In this document: in pieces, positions 23,895-37,982 of the stretch
Numbering within the stretch: position 1 is the stretch's first letter
How the letters are laid out: every line of letters starts with the position of its first letter
DNA from: Octopus sinensis
Taxonomy: Eukaryota
Direction of reading: 5' to 3'
NCBI RefSeq assembly: GCF_006345805.1
Contig: NC_043005.1
Location: 68,138,001-68,202,000, forward strand
DNA length: 64,000 bases
Notes under the pieces: model-generated
Database searches by the model: none
Seen by the model: only the letters and a program-made list of their open reading frames with translations
What the model was told of the DNA's origin: nothing
Position numbers and translations under genes: made by a program

Positions 23895-25102
23895 CACAGA
23901 CATAACAGAAGTAAATAGACCCCCTTATAATCATTAACATTTATTTAAATCCGAAATTATGCATTCAAATTATTCATTAATTGTTATAATGTGAATATTT
24001 GATACTTAGTAGACATGCCCTTATGCATTTTTCAATGCAAAGACCCCTGATCAGGTGACGAATATTCTCTTGCGGAATTTCTTGCCAAGTTTCATGCATA
24101 TACTCAAAAGATCTGCTTTGCAGATGCTTTCGTGTTCTTTTTATGGAGTGTCCTGTCCATTATATTCCAGAGGTGTTCAATAGAGTTCCTATCTGGTGAC
24201 TGGCTTGGCCATAGAAGCTTTTTAATGGCATTCTCATCCAAAAACTCTTGGATAATTTTAGCCCTGTGACAAGGAGCCCCATTTTCCATAAATAAAGAGT
24301 CTTCTTTAATCATTTCACCACTGGAGAAGATTGGAAGAAGTTCTTTCTGCAATATGGACACATATTTATCTGAGTTTATGTTTCCTTCACACCCCACCAG
24401 CTCTGATCAACCATTGCTCCGAATTCTATCCCAGACCATCACAGAATAGCTTCCGTGTTTCATTATTAGGCTGCAATATTTTCCCATCAAATTCTTAATC
24501 ACAGTCTCCTGACCCACACACGACCACTGTCAGGAACCATAGCAAATCTAAACTCATTAGAGAATATGGCAGTGGCCCAAAATGCTAGTGGCCCCTCCAC
24601 CATGTGACTGAACCAATCTTGTCTCCGCTTGATGTTGGCTGGTCGAAGAAGTGGCTTCCTTCTTGCTGCTCTTCCAAAATAACCAAGTTTGTGGGGAAAC
24701 CTGGCAGCTGTTCTGGGACTGACATCAACTTGTTCTGCTATCTCAGATGCCTTGCAACGAGGATTATCTTCCACACTTCTCTTAACAAAGAGAAGGGTAC
24801 TGTCAAAGGACCTTGGTTGATCTGGGCGAGGGGAATGTGGGCTCCTTCCCCTCTCTGGTGAATTTCATAATCACTTTGTTAACTGTAGAAAGTGGGATCC
24901 AAAGGTTTTTTGCGATTTTACGCAAAGTTCACCTTCAGAATGACCCACAATACGGCCTCTTTGTAATTCAGACAGTTTCAAGGTTTCTTTTGTACATGTC
25001 ATAATTAGACAATCACACATAGAATCTGGAACATAAAAATGTCAATTAGTAAAAAAATATAAACCATTTATGCGGTGTCTATTTACTTCTATCATATCTG
25101 TG
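23895..25102 (-). mobile_element. Decayed full-length Tc1 (DD34E-type) transposon
   Basis: Imperfect TIRs CACAGACATAACAGAAGTAAATAGAC / GTCTATTTACTTCTATCATATCTGTG with TA at the left end. Transposase starts at ATG 25002, with HTH region, ARRKPLL, IFSNE, MENGAPCH and WPSQSPDRNSIEHLW (34-residue spacing). Both catalytic Asp are mutated to Asn, and stops and frameshifts are present. Confidence 0.92.
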
Positions 25103-25285
25103 ATCGAGATAAGTATTAGGAAGTAGTCGCATGCTAAGTTCTGTGAGACTGATGTCATAAAGGTGGAACAAGACACTTTAAGACACCCCCTTCTTTGAAT
25201 TGTAAAGCAGAGGATCCCCGTCCTTCGGAGCTCTCTCCGCTAATTCCATTGCTCATACGTACATAGTATTGGATGGTTATACACG

Positions 25286-27101
<1,816 letters not shown>

Positions 27102-28061
27102 GGTGTTTTCATATGCAAACACATAAGCACATACAGATGCTTATACAGACACACACACACATACACACACGCACATATATATATACATGCATATATACAC
27201 ATACATATATTCATTCACACACTCACACACACATATATGCATAGAGGTGTATATTGTGTGTGTGTGTGTGTGTGTGTGTACACGCATAAATATTAAAGAA
27301 TTCCTCCCAGGAGACTGTCAGGAGACAGAGCAAGTTTATAAACACACAGTAGCCCCGGAGTTAGATGTTTTCCTTAAAGTAGAATTTCTAAATCTAAATC
27401 AGGAGAATGCTTTTATCTAAAATGTTTTAAAAGTTTGATAGTGCGCTAGATTGATCAATAGATAGATTGGAAGCAAGTTGTGGAATATTAATAGGATTAG
27501 CCTGTGGTCTTTGTATTCTTTAAGGAAAATATTTTTAATTCCTTCGTAATCTTCGTAGAGGTCTTTTTGTTTGCTTGTTTTTAAGTTTACTTGTTTTGTA
27601 AACTTAATACTTTAAAAATTGTAGACGTATGTATATGAAAATTGAAATGTGCATTATTTTGTTGGGAAGAATTTTGTAAAGTGCACAGCTCGCACAGTTC
27701 CAGATGGACAGTAAATCTGGCGTTAAAAGTTCGAACAGAGTGTTTTGAAATAACTAAACACTTTAGAAACTGATAAATAATGATGTGGGTACAAGAAAGC
27801 TCTTTGACTGAGGGTAGTACGAAATTACATTCTGTATGCTTTGTGGCTTAACCAGAAAGGAGAAGGCCTTTGCCGAGCCTCCAAGACAGGTGTGAGGAAA
27901 TAGAATACTCCACCCTTAATTTAAGGGTTATCGTCTAACCGAAGACTTAACCCAAATATTCTCTAGAAGACGATACTGCTAAGAAGCGTGATGGATTAGT
28001 TCTACAACTTTAATATGTTTTCAACAATAAACCTTGTCTCATTGAGATCCTTCCCGAGTAA

Positions 28062-28279
28062 TATTGACTCATAGGGCCGGTTTTCCGGTTTCTGTGGCGC
28101 ATATACTTCTGCCGGACGGGACGCTAGTCCGTCGCAGAAATACTCACTTTTGCTAGCTAAATGGACTGGAGCAATGTGAAATGAAAGGTTTTGCTCAAGA
28201 GTATAATGCGTCGTCCGGTCCAGAAACACTAAACCAATCATGAGTCCAATACCCTAACCACTAAGCTACGTGCCTCCAA
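28062..28279 (-). mobile_element. Chimeric SINE: tRNA head + CORE-like segment + D2-type tail
   Basis: Minus strand GGAGGCACGTAGCTTAGTGGTTAGGG...CTCTTGAGCAAAACCTTTCATTTCACATTGCTCCAG...GCGACGGACTAGCGTCCCGTCC...GAAACCGGAAAACCGGCCCTATGAG. Confidence 0.65.
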
Positions 28280-29839
28280 TGTGGCAGTGTTTTTGTTCTT
28301 AACATTTATACCATTGTTTAGGATGATGCAATTTTTTTCCGGTAGTCCAAATATGAATTCAACAATGAAAGTTCTAAAATCGTCAATATTACAATGCTAC
28401 CTCTGTTTCTAAAAGCTGAGCTATTCTTCAACACCTATATGTTGAAGAATGTCTGAGGTCAAAACATCATTTTGGCCTCAGACATAACGTAGTGCTGGTT
28501 ATTAAGTACAAACCAGATGATCAAAGATCACTTCAATAAACATGGGTGAGTCAAACGGTTAAAGCTCTCTTCGATTACGATCGAAAGATTTTTGTTTGTA
28601 ATAGAGTGATACAGTTTAATGGAGGTCCAAAATGCTCTACAGGTTATCTATTTGCGATAAGTTTTCCGAGATAAGAGAACAGTACTCTTATGCAGAGCAC
28701 ATTTTGTGTATACAGTTTGCAAGTGTTCTGCACCAAAATCAGTTATAATTGTGCCAAGAAGTTTAGACTTGTGGCTACTTGAATTATGCGTTTTCGTTTG
28801 CAAAAGTCACCAAGAGTAGTAAGACGGGGTTAGTATGTTAGTTTTTCTCATGTACTGTAACTATTTGCTTTAGTAATTACAGAAAATAATTTCAGGGTGT
28901 GTTTTGCCTTCATTTGAAAACGCCTTCAACTAAGCGTTGCCACACTTAAAATAAAAAATAGATATGTGATAAAGTGTCTGTTGCTGGTCAGCTGTTTTAA
29001 TAATTATAGAGTTAAGTAGGTGAAAGCATACTTAATGATTAAAACACAGATTAATTAAAGTTTAAGTTTGTTGAGCGATTGGCTTCTAAATATTACTGTA
29101 AGTTAAAGTGGTGAGCTGGCCAACTCTCACCAACATAAATGTTCAATTTTCATGTACGCCAACAAGGTTAATTACCCACTTTGCACCTACCAGAAGTAGT
29201 AGTCGAATATCTCTCAAATCACTCCTTACAGTCAACAATACATTGGAAAATGTATCCTTGATATACCAAAATATCATGCGATTATGGTTAGAAAAACTTA
29301 GACTGAATAGTTCTGCTTGATCAAGGTTAGCCTAAGGTTAAAAAGCACAACACCTAATTATCATCCGGTTTACAAATTGCATGACTTCGAAACTATAATA
29401 GTTTTGGAATCAATCTCAGCATCTTGGACGAGTATTATATACTAAAGACTTGGGACAACAAAAACCTTGACGACCAAACCCTTATCCTGCAACACCAACA
29501 GAGCAGTGATTTTGTTCAGTGTATAAGCCCTTCGATTTTCATTGATCATTTGTGGTGATGTTTCGGAAGTGGATCTGAGACGCACAACAGTAGGTCAAGC
29601 ACGCTATTAATTGCGAAGGAACTACTATTACATTAGTAAACAGAGCTTATCTACTGAGCAAAAATCACCGCTCCGTTGGCGTTGCAGGGTAAAGTCAGTG
29701 GTTTATTTTGCTGTACATGGTGTGGTTCTTCACTTTGTAGATAGAAAAATACTCATGCTAGGTATTTATTTATATAAACGACAGAACCTCGATTCTCGTG
29801 TTTTAACATTAGTGGATTTATTAGTGAAATAGTGAACTA

Positions 29840-30105
29840 GTTTCGATTCCCAGACCGGGCGTTGTGTGTGTTTATTGAACGAAGACACCTAAAGCTGCAC
29901 GAGGCTCCGGCAGGGGGGTGGGGGTGGGAGTGGCGACCCCTGTTGTACTCTTTCACACCAAATTTCTCTCATTCTTTCTTCCTGTTTCTTGAGCAACGCT
30001 GCGATGGATTGGCGTCCCGTCAAGCTGGGGCGAACACAAATGCCATAGAAACCGGGAAACCGGGCCCATGAGCCTGGCCAAGCTTGAAAAGGGCGCATAA
30101 ATAAA
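29840..30105 (+). mobile_element. Family D SINE (5'-truncated, D2 tail)
   Basis: GTTTCGATTCCCAGACCGGGCG...CACCTAAAGCTGCACGAGGCTCCGGCAGG...GAAACCGGGAAACCGGGCCCATGAGCCTGG. Confidence 0.85.
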
Positions 30106-30459
30106 TAATAAATAATATATATGCATACATACATACAGACACATATACCTACTACTCCCTGCCTGTTTCTCTAGCTATACACCTGTCTGTTCTTTCCAGC
30201 CAGCCTCTCACTGTGTACAAGTAATTCTGTATCTGTTCACCCTTATCTTTAACATCTGTCTATATTCAGGTACAAAAGAATCTTCTTTCTCTCATTCTAT
30301 CTTTCTTAGTTTCTTAATTTCTTCCATTTTTCACTTTCTTCTGTTATTCGTATTATTTCCTCCTCATTCTCGTTTTTCCGTTTTTGTTTTTGCTTTTGCT
30401 CGAAACGTCCACTAAGCGAAAGGACCATTTATCCGGATGAATATTTGAATTACTTCATA

Positions 30460-31258
30460 GGATCTTTTCATTTTCAAGGCCTGATTTGTCAGATTTTTCC
30501 TACTTAACCAAACAATTTGAAACTTCGTATACTGGTAGAATGTGTCAAAAGAAAACATAATTGTAAACCAGAATGAAAACGGAATTGTAATTTCTAAGTT
30601 TAATGTTGTTTAATAATTAGAATTTTAACCAATGGTATTCGGTCTTTCGGCTTCATATTATTTACTCCGTCTCAATAGACGTAAACGGCTATGTTGCTGA
30701 CGTAGTTAACATACGTGAAATGTAAACACCCGGTTACCGTATTCCTTTCGTTTTTATTCACATTTTTTAAATATATTATTAACTAACTTATATATTAAAC
30801 TTATATATTATATAACTAACTTAGTTTTTGTAAATTTTCGTATATTTTTTGTGATTTTTATTCCTTACTTTATTCGTGTAACTTTTATTTCTGTAACTTT
30901 TTATCTTTGGCAATCTTTCGTTTGTAGTAGACCTTTCCGTGATAACTGAAATTTTTTACTCAGTGTATGTGTATATGTATGTATGCATGTATGTGTGTGT
31001 GTGTATATGTATCTATGTATGTGTGTGTGTGTATGTATGTGTATGTATGTGTGTGTATGTATGTGTGTGTGTATGTATGTATGGCCGATTTTTCAAATGA
31101 AAACAAACAATACGTTTAAAGTTATAAAATACATTTTTCTCAAATAAACAAGTTGAAACTAGTGTTTTCTTTTGAGACACTCTATCAGTATACGAAGTTT
31201 CAAATTATTTAGTTAACTAGAAAAATCTGACAATCAGGCCTTGAAAATGAAAAGATCC
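30460..31258. mobile_element. Non-autonomous DNA transposon with ~97-bp TIRs and 8-bp TSD
   Basis: TIRs 30460-30557 and 31163-31258 (GGATCTTTTCATTTTCAAGGCCTGATT...). Flanks ACTTCATA / ACTTCGTA. Confidence 0.78.
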
Positions 31259-31639
31259 ACTTCGTATACCACTGTTATTACTGTTATCTGTCAGACCTTC
31301 TGTAATGACTTGCGCCACCTCAAATGGTGAGAAAAAAGCTTATTATACGATACTACATATGAAGTTAATGACTATTTTATACAACTTTGCACAATGAAAC
31401 GAAACAAACTGCAGACATACGGCTTAAGTACTAACTATATAATGCGTGTGTCTTTTTGTAGATGCATGTATACACACACATACAAACATTGACAGATATA
31501 TCTCTGGGATACTCAGCCACTTACAAGCTAATTTAATGGGGGTGGTGGTACAGTTGTTTGAGTAACAGACAACTCATCGTCGAAACGAACGCAGATCCAT
31601 TTACACATATATGCATATGATTGTTTAAATACATATAGG

Positions 31640-31699
31640 CATTCATGCACGCGTGTATATATATAATATATATATATATATATCATATATATATATTAT

Positions 31700-31756
<57 letters not shown>

Positions 31757-32697
31757 ATGTATGTATATATATATGTATATATATATTTATATATATTATG
31801 TATATATATATTTATAAATATATATAATATATATATATATATATAATATATATATATATATACTGAATACTTGTGAAATTGATTAATAGCTAATTAACTT
31901 TACCCTCAATTGTTGATATATATATATAATGTATATATATATATATATATATATATGTACAATACATTTATATATAAATATGGTTGTATGTGTATGTTTG
32001 TGTGTATATATATTATATGTGTGTGTATGTGTTATTTTTGTATTATATATATATGTATTATGTTGTGTGTGTATGTTATGTATATTATATATAAGTTGTA
32101 CGCGAGTATGTCGATTATATGTAGGTATGTAGAGTTATGTGTATATGTGCATGTATGTGTGTGTATATACAGATTGTAGATGGGTATATATATGTGTGGT
32201 ATATATACATATATATATGTATATGTATGTGTGTGTATATATATACATATATATGAGTATAATCTATATATATGTATATGTGGGTATGTAGAGTTATACG
32301 TATGTGCATGTGTTATGTATGTGATATATAATATATATATATATATATGTATGTGTATGTGTATGTATGTATAGATAAGTGTGTGTGTGTATGTGTGGTA
32401 TATGGATGTATAATAGTATAATATGTTATGTGTAGTTGGTATATATATATAAATATGTATATATATGTGTGTGTATGTGTAATGTTATAAGTATATAAAT
32501 GTATGTATATATATATATGTATGTGTAGGTGTATATATATAGTATATATATATATATATGTGTATGTGTGAATATATATATGTATACATATATGTATGTA
32601 TGTACGTATGTATGTATATATGTGTGTAAGTGTGTGTATATATGTATATGTAAGTGGTGTGTGTGTGTATGAGTATGTATGTATGTTTGCACACATG

Positions 32698-32746
<49 letters not shown>

Positions 32747-32839
32747 ATGTTGTGTGTGTAGTATATATGTATATATGTATGTGTATGTGTGTATATGTAT
32801 ATGTGTGTGTATGTATGTATGTGTATATATATATATATA

Positions 32840-32873
<34 letters not shown>

Positions 32874-32890
32874 ATATATATATATATATA
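31640..32890. repeat. Compound (AT)n/(GT)n/(ATGT)n microsatellite field
   Basis: Low-complexity dinucleotide and tetranucleotide runs. Confidence 0.95.
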
Positions 32891-34168
32891 GTTTATAAAG
32901 GAGCTTCTAGCTCTACAGGACTAGAACTGTTCATTCAAGAGAAATCTTCAGGAAGCTAGTTAACAAGGATTGTATTGGCATTTATACATTTAGGCAGTTT
33001 AAAAGGGTGGTGTGTGGGGACTTTTTGGGGGTAGGCATAGCGCAAAATATCATACTTGGGGATGGTCAAGGAGTCAGTGGTAAATTAGATAAAAGAATAA
33101 AAATAAAAAAATAAAAAAATATATATAAAAAAGAATAGAGTTTTAGGTAAATAAGGAGATACTCACTTATACCCATACACATATGTATACATATATACAC
33201 ACACATACATACATATATACATACACACATACATACACACACACACACATACATATATATACACAAACACATACATATACATATCTACACATACACATAT
33301 ACATATACATACACTCACTCACATGCATACACGTATACACACATGTATATATACACACACGACCACACATACATATACACACAGAAAAATATATATACAT
33401 ACACACACATACACATACACGCATACACACACATTCACATACACACATGCACACACAGCACACTAGTCCCTATATACACATATATACACATACACACATT
33501 ATACATATACATACTATACATCATATATATATATATATATATACATATGTGTACCTATACATACCTACACATACACACATATATATACATACAAAACAGA
33601 CCCATTCCCTAATTTTAATTTTATTATCTTCATTTATTACTTTTGTTATCTTTGACCGCTGGTCCCAAGCATCTTGGCTATGACAGCAAGTCCATTTATC
33701 TGTCTACTTGAAAACAAGCACTCATTCACGCGCACGCACACTCATTAGCACGTACACTCACTCATTCGTACACTCATACACATACACGCACGCACGCGTT
33801 ATATTCATACATACATACATCTACATACATTCACGTATATACACATACGTACGCGTACCTACAGATTCATGTCTACACTCTTAGAAGGCTAGTCTATACA
33901 TATACACCAATAAATATATATACACACACATACATATACACCTACATACAAATACATACATATATATATATATACATATATATACACATATTTTTTTATA
34001 TATATTTTTTAATTTTTTTATTTATTCTTTTATCTAATTTACCACTGACCCCTTGACCACTCCCCCCAAGTATGATATTTTGCGCTATGCCTACCCCCAA
34101 AAAGTCCCCCACCAACACCCCTTTAAACCTGCCTAAATGTATAAATGCCAATACAATCCTTGTTAACT

Positions 34169-34219
34169 AGCTTCCTGAAGATTTCTCTTGAATGAAACAG
34201 TTCTAGTCCTGTAGAAGCT
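34169..34219 (+). ncRNA. Type I hammerhead ribozyme (three stems)
   Basis: AGCTTC-CTGAAGA-TTTC(tctt)GAAT-GAAA-CAG(ttctagtc)CTG-TA-GAAGCT: 6-bp stem I, 4-bp stem III, GUA triplet, predicted cut after 34213. Non-canonical U.U at 10.1/11.1. Confidence 0.75.
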
Positions 34220-34360
34220 CCTTCTATATAATAAATTAATTTTACTCTGCTATGTATTGAGTACCTTATTTACTGTGGTTAACCCCGAATCAACCCGGGA
34301 CCTACATATATATATATATATATATATGTGTGTGTATGTGTATGTGTGTGTATGTATATG

Positions 34361-34392
<32 letters not shown>

Positions 34393-35873
34393 TATATAAA
34401 AAAATATATATATATAGATATATATATATATGTATATATGTGTGTATGTATATGTATGTATGTATGTATAATATGTGTGTGTGTGTGTATGTGTATATGT
34501 ACATATACGTGTACGCTCGTGTGTTTATGTATATGTACATATGTGTAAGTATGTATATATATATATATATATTATATATATATATATATATTATATATAT
34601 AAATATATGTGTGTGTGATGTTAATATATATATATATGTGTGTGTAAGTTTATATGTATGTATCCGTCTGTATAATAGGTAACTGCACGTACATATACTT
34701 AATATTTATTATTTATTTTTTGAGTATGCATGTATGAATAACTGCGCGTATATATATTTTATTATTTATTTTTTGAGCATGCATGTAAGTATGAATATAA
34801 GGAGGCGCGCGTGTGTGTGTGTATGTGTAAGCATAGATATATGTATACTTTTACACATGTGCGTACTTATGTGTATATATGGATGCGCGCGTGTGTGTGT
34901 GTGTATGGGTACGCATGTACATGTGTATGTGCGTGTATGTGTATATGTGTATGTATCTGTGTGTGTATATTTGTATATGTATGTTTGTATGTATGTATGT
35001 GTATATATATATATATATTATATATATATATATATGTATGTATGTATATGTATATGTGTATGTGTATGTATTGTATGTGTATGCATGCGCGTATATATAT
35101 GTATGTATATGTATACGTGTGGGTTGTGTATGTGTATATATGTATGTATGTATGATGTATGTATGTATGTATGCGTGTATATGTGTATGTATAATATATA
35201 TATATAATATATATATATATTATATGTATATATATATATATATATGTATGTATTTGTATGTAGGTGTATATGTATGTGTGTATATATATTTATTGGTGTA
35301 TATGTATAGACTAGCCTTCTAAGAATGTAGACATGAATCTGTAGGTACGCGTACGTATGTGTATATACGTGAATGTATGTAGATGTATGTATGTATGAAT
35401 ATAACGCGTGCGTGCGTGTATGTGTATGAGTGTACGAATGAGTGAGTGTGCGTGCTAATGAGTGTGCGTGCGTGAATGAGTGCTTGTTTTCAAGTAGACA
35501 GGTAAATGGACTTGCTGTCATAGCCAAGATGCTTGTGACCAGCGGTCAAAGATAACAAAAGTAATAAATGAAGATAATAAAATTAAAATTAGGGAATGGG
35601 TCTGTATTTGTATGTATATGTGTGTATGTGTAGGTATGTATAGGTACACATATGTATATATATATATGTATATACATGTATATGTGTGTATGTGTATATA
35701 TGTGTATATAGGGACTTGTGTGTTGTGTGTGCATGTGTGTATGTGGATATGTGTGTGTATGCGTGTATGTGTATGTGTGTGTATGTATATATATATATTT
35801 TTTTTTGTGTGTATATGTATGCGTGGTCGTGTGTGTATATATACATGTGTGTGTGTATATGTGTATGCATGTA

Positions 35874-35932
<59 letters not shown>

Positions 35933-35971
35933 ACATGTATGTGTGTAGATATATGTATGTATATGTATGTG

Positions 35972-36002
<31 letters not shown>

Positions 36003-36268
36003 GTATGTGTGTATGTATATGTGTGTGTGTGTGTGTATATATGTATACATATGTGTATAGGTATAAGTGAGAATCTCCTTATTTACCTAAAACTCTATTC
36101 TTTTATATATTTTTTTATTCTTTTATTCTTTTATCTAATTTACCACTGACTCCTTGACCACTCCCCCAAGTATGATATTTTGCGCTATGCCTACCCCCAA
36201 AAAGTCCCCCGCCACCACCCCTTTAAACCTGCCTAAATGTATAAATGCCAATACAATTCTTGTTAACT

Positions 36269-36319
36269 AGCTTCCTGAAGATTTCTCTTGAATGAAACAG
36301 TTCTAGTCCTGTAGAAGCT
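36269..36319 (+). ncRNA. Type I hammerhead ribozyme (second identical copy)
   Basis: Identical to 34169-34219, with predicted cut after 36313. Confidence 0.75.
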
Positions 36320-36402
36320 CCTTCTATATAATAAATTAATTTTACTCTGCTATGTATTGAGTACCTTATTTACTGTGGTTAACCCCGAATCAACCCGGGA
36401 CC

Positions 36403-36444
<42 letters not shown>

Positions 36445-36545
36445 TCCTTAATAATGAAGGGTGAAATTAATTAATTTGGAATAATTATCAATTACACCAA
36501 GTAGTCTTCGGCATGTAAAAGCCTCATTCGAGGAAAATTTAAGTA

Positions 36546-36815
36546 ATACTAAGCAATAAAGGGTTTAGCAACGAATTGCCTTACCACAGACCGAATTTAG
36601 AAATAGCAGTCAAAGAGTTATAGCTATTTCTTCTACTAAAAAGGGAGATCTCAGTAAAAACACAGCAATTGACACCTGTTTGTGTCTGCCTTCCAATTGC
36701 TGTGTTTTTACTGAGATCTCCCTTTTTAGTAGAAGAAATAGCTATAACTCTTTGACTGCTATTTCTAAATTCGGTCTGTGGTAAGGCAATTCGTTGCTAA
36801 ACCCTTTATTGCTTA

Positions 36816-36819
<4 letters not shown>
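36546..36819. repeat. Perfect 126-bp inverted repeat
   Basis: Arms 36546-36671 and 36694-36819 with a 22-bp spacer. The host segment 36441-36819 is bounded by (TA)n. Confidence 0.93.
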
Positions 36820-36865
<46 letters not shown>

Positions 36866-37319
36866 ATATATATATTTATATATATATGTATATATATATT
36901 TATAATATATATATAATATATATATGTATATATATGTATATATATGTATATATATTTATAATATATATATATGTATATATATGTATATATATATATATAT
37001 ATGTATATATATTTATAATATATATTATATATATATATGTATATATATATTTATATATATATGTATATATATATTTCTACTTATATATGAATAATATATG
37101 GCATGTGCTAGATCACCAGCGATAATAATTAATTTTATTTTATCGCATTTTGACTTTGTTTACGTATTTCTCGATAAATTTTGAGCGTTAGACTATATAC
37201 CAGAACCCCTTAGTTTGTCGGGTACGTTCTGCGTCTGCGCAGTGATCTGAATAGTTAGAGAGAGCAAATTAGTAGAGACGCACATGCTTCTATTGATGTG
37301 CGCTCCCAGAATAACAGGT

Positions 37320-37392
37320 GTCTTACTGATGAATCTGCCTGAGTAAATAAATTATATTTATTGCTGAAAAAGACGAAACTGCAGTATAAGAT
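37320..37392 (+). ncRNA. Type I hammerhead ribozyme with palindromic stem III (copy 1)
   Basis: GTCTTA-CTGATGA-ATCT...AGAC-GAAA-CTGCAG-TA-TAAGAT: 6-bp stem I, 8-nt palindrome ACTGCAGT, GUA triplet, cut after 37386. A.C mismatch at 10.1/11.1. Confidence 0.78.
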
Positions 37393-37731
37393 GAACCAAG
37401 TTTGTAAACGTTTTTAACTTTCATTTCACTAAATTTATCCAGCTTTTGTGTATCTAGTACACACTTCTTCTTTTAGAAGCCTTTTAATGTACTTATATAT
37501 GAATAATATATGGCCTGTGCTAGATCACAAGCGATAATAATTAATTTTATTTTATCGCATTTTGACTTTGTTTACGTATTTCTCGATAAAGTTTGAGCGT
37601 TAGACTATATACCAGAACCCCTTAGTTTGTCAGGTACGTTCTGCGTCTGCGCAGTGATCTGAATAGTTAGAGAGAGCAAATTAGTAGAGACGCACATGCT
37701 TCTATTGATGTGCGCTTCCAGAATAACAGGT

Positions 37732-37804
37732 GTCTTACTGATGAATCTGCCTGAGTAAATAAATTATATTTATTGATGAAAAAGACGAAACTGCAGTATA
37801 CGAT
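37732..37804 (+). ncRNA. Type I hammerhead ribozyme (copy 2)
   Basis: Same core. The stem I 3' strand is TACGAT (one mismatch). Cut after 37798, 412 nt from copy 1. Confidence 0.68.
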
Positions 37805-37982
37805 GAACCAAGTTTGCAAACGTTTTTAATTTTCATTTCACTAAATTTATCCAGCTTTTGTGTATCTAGTACACACTTCTTCTTTTAGAAGCCTTTTAAT
37901 GTACTTATATATGAATAATATATGGCCTGTGCTAGATCACCAGCGATAATAATTAATTTTATTTTATCGCATTTTGACTTTG

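Larger units (their letters stand above)
32894..36405 (+). mobile_element. Non-autonomous hammerhead-delimited element: inverted 5' arm + direct terminal repeats 2100 bp apart
   Basis: Direct repeats at about 33991-34305 and 36091-36405 (offset exactly 2100). Segment 32894-33990 is an inverted copy of about 35220-36330. No coding capacity, and (TA)n on both flanks. Confidence 0.85.
37078..37982 (+). repeat. 412-bp tandem array (2.2 copies), retrozyme-like
   Basis: TACTTATATATGAATAATATATGG starts at 37078, 37490 and 37902. About 9 substitutions between full copies by eye. The third copy is truncated by a family C SINE. Confidence 0.93.

Noticed and set aside
36490-36545. Minus-strand CTCGAATGA-GGC...GCC-GAAG resembling a hammerhead
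   Set aside because: The core departs from CUGANGA/GAAA at several positions and no stem I was found.
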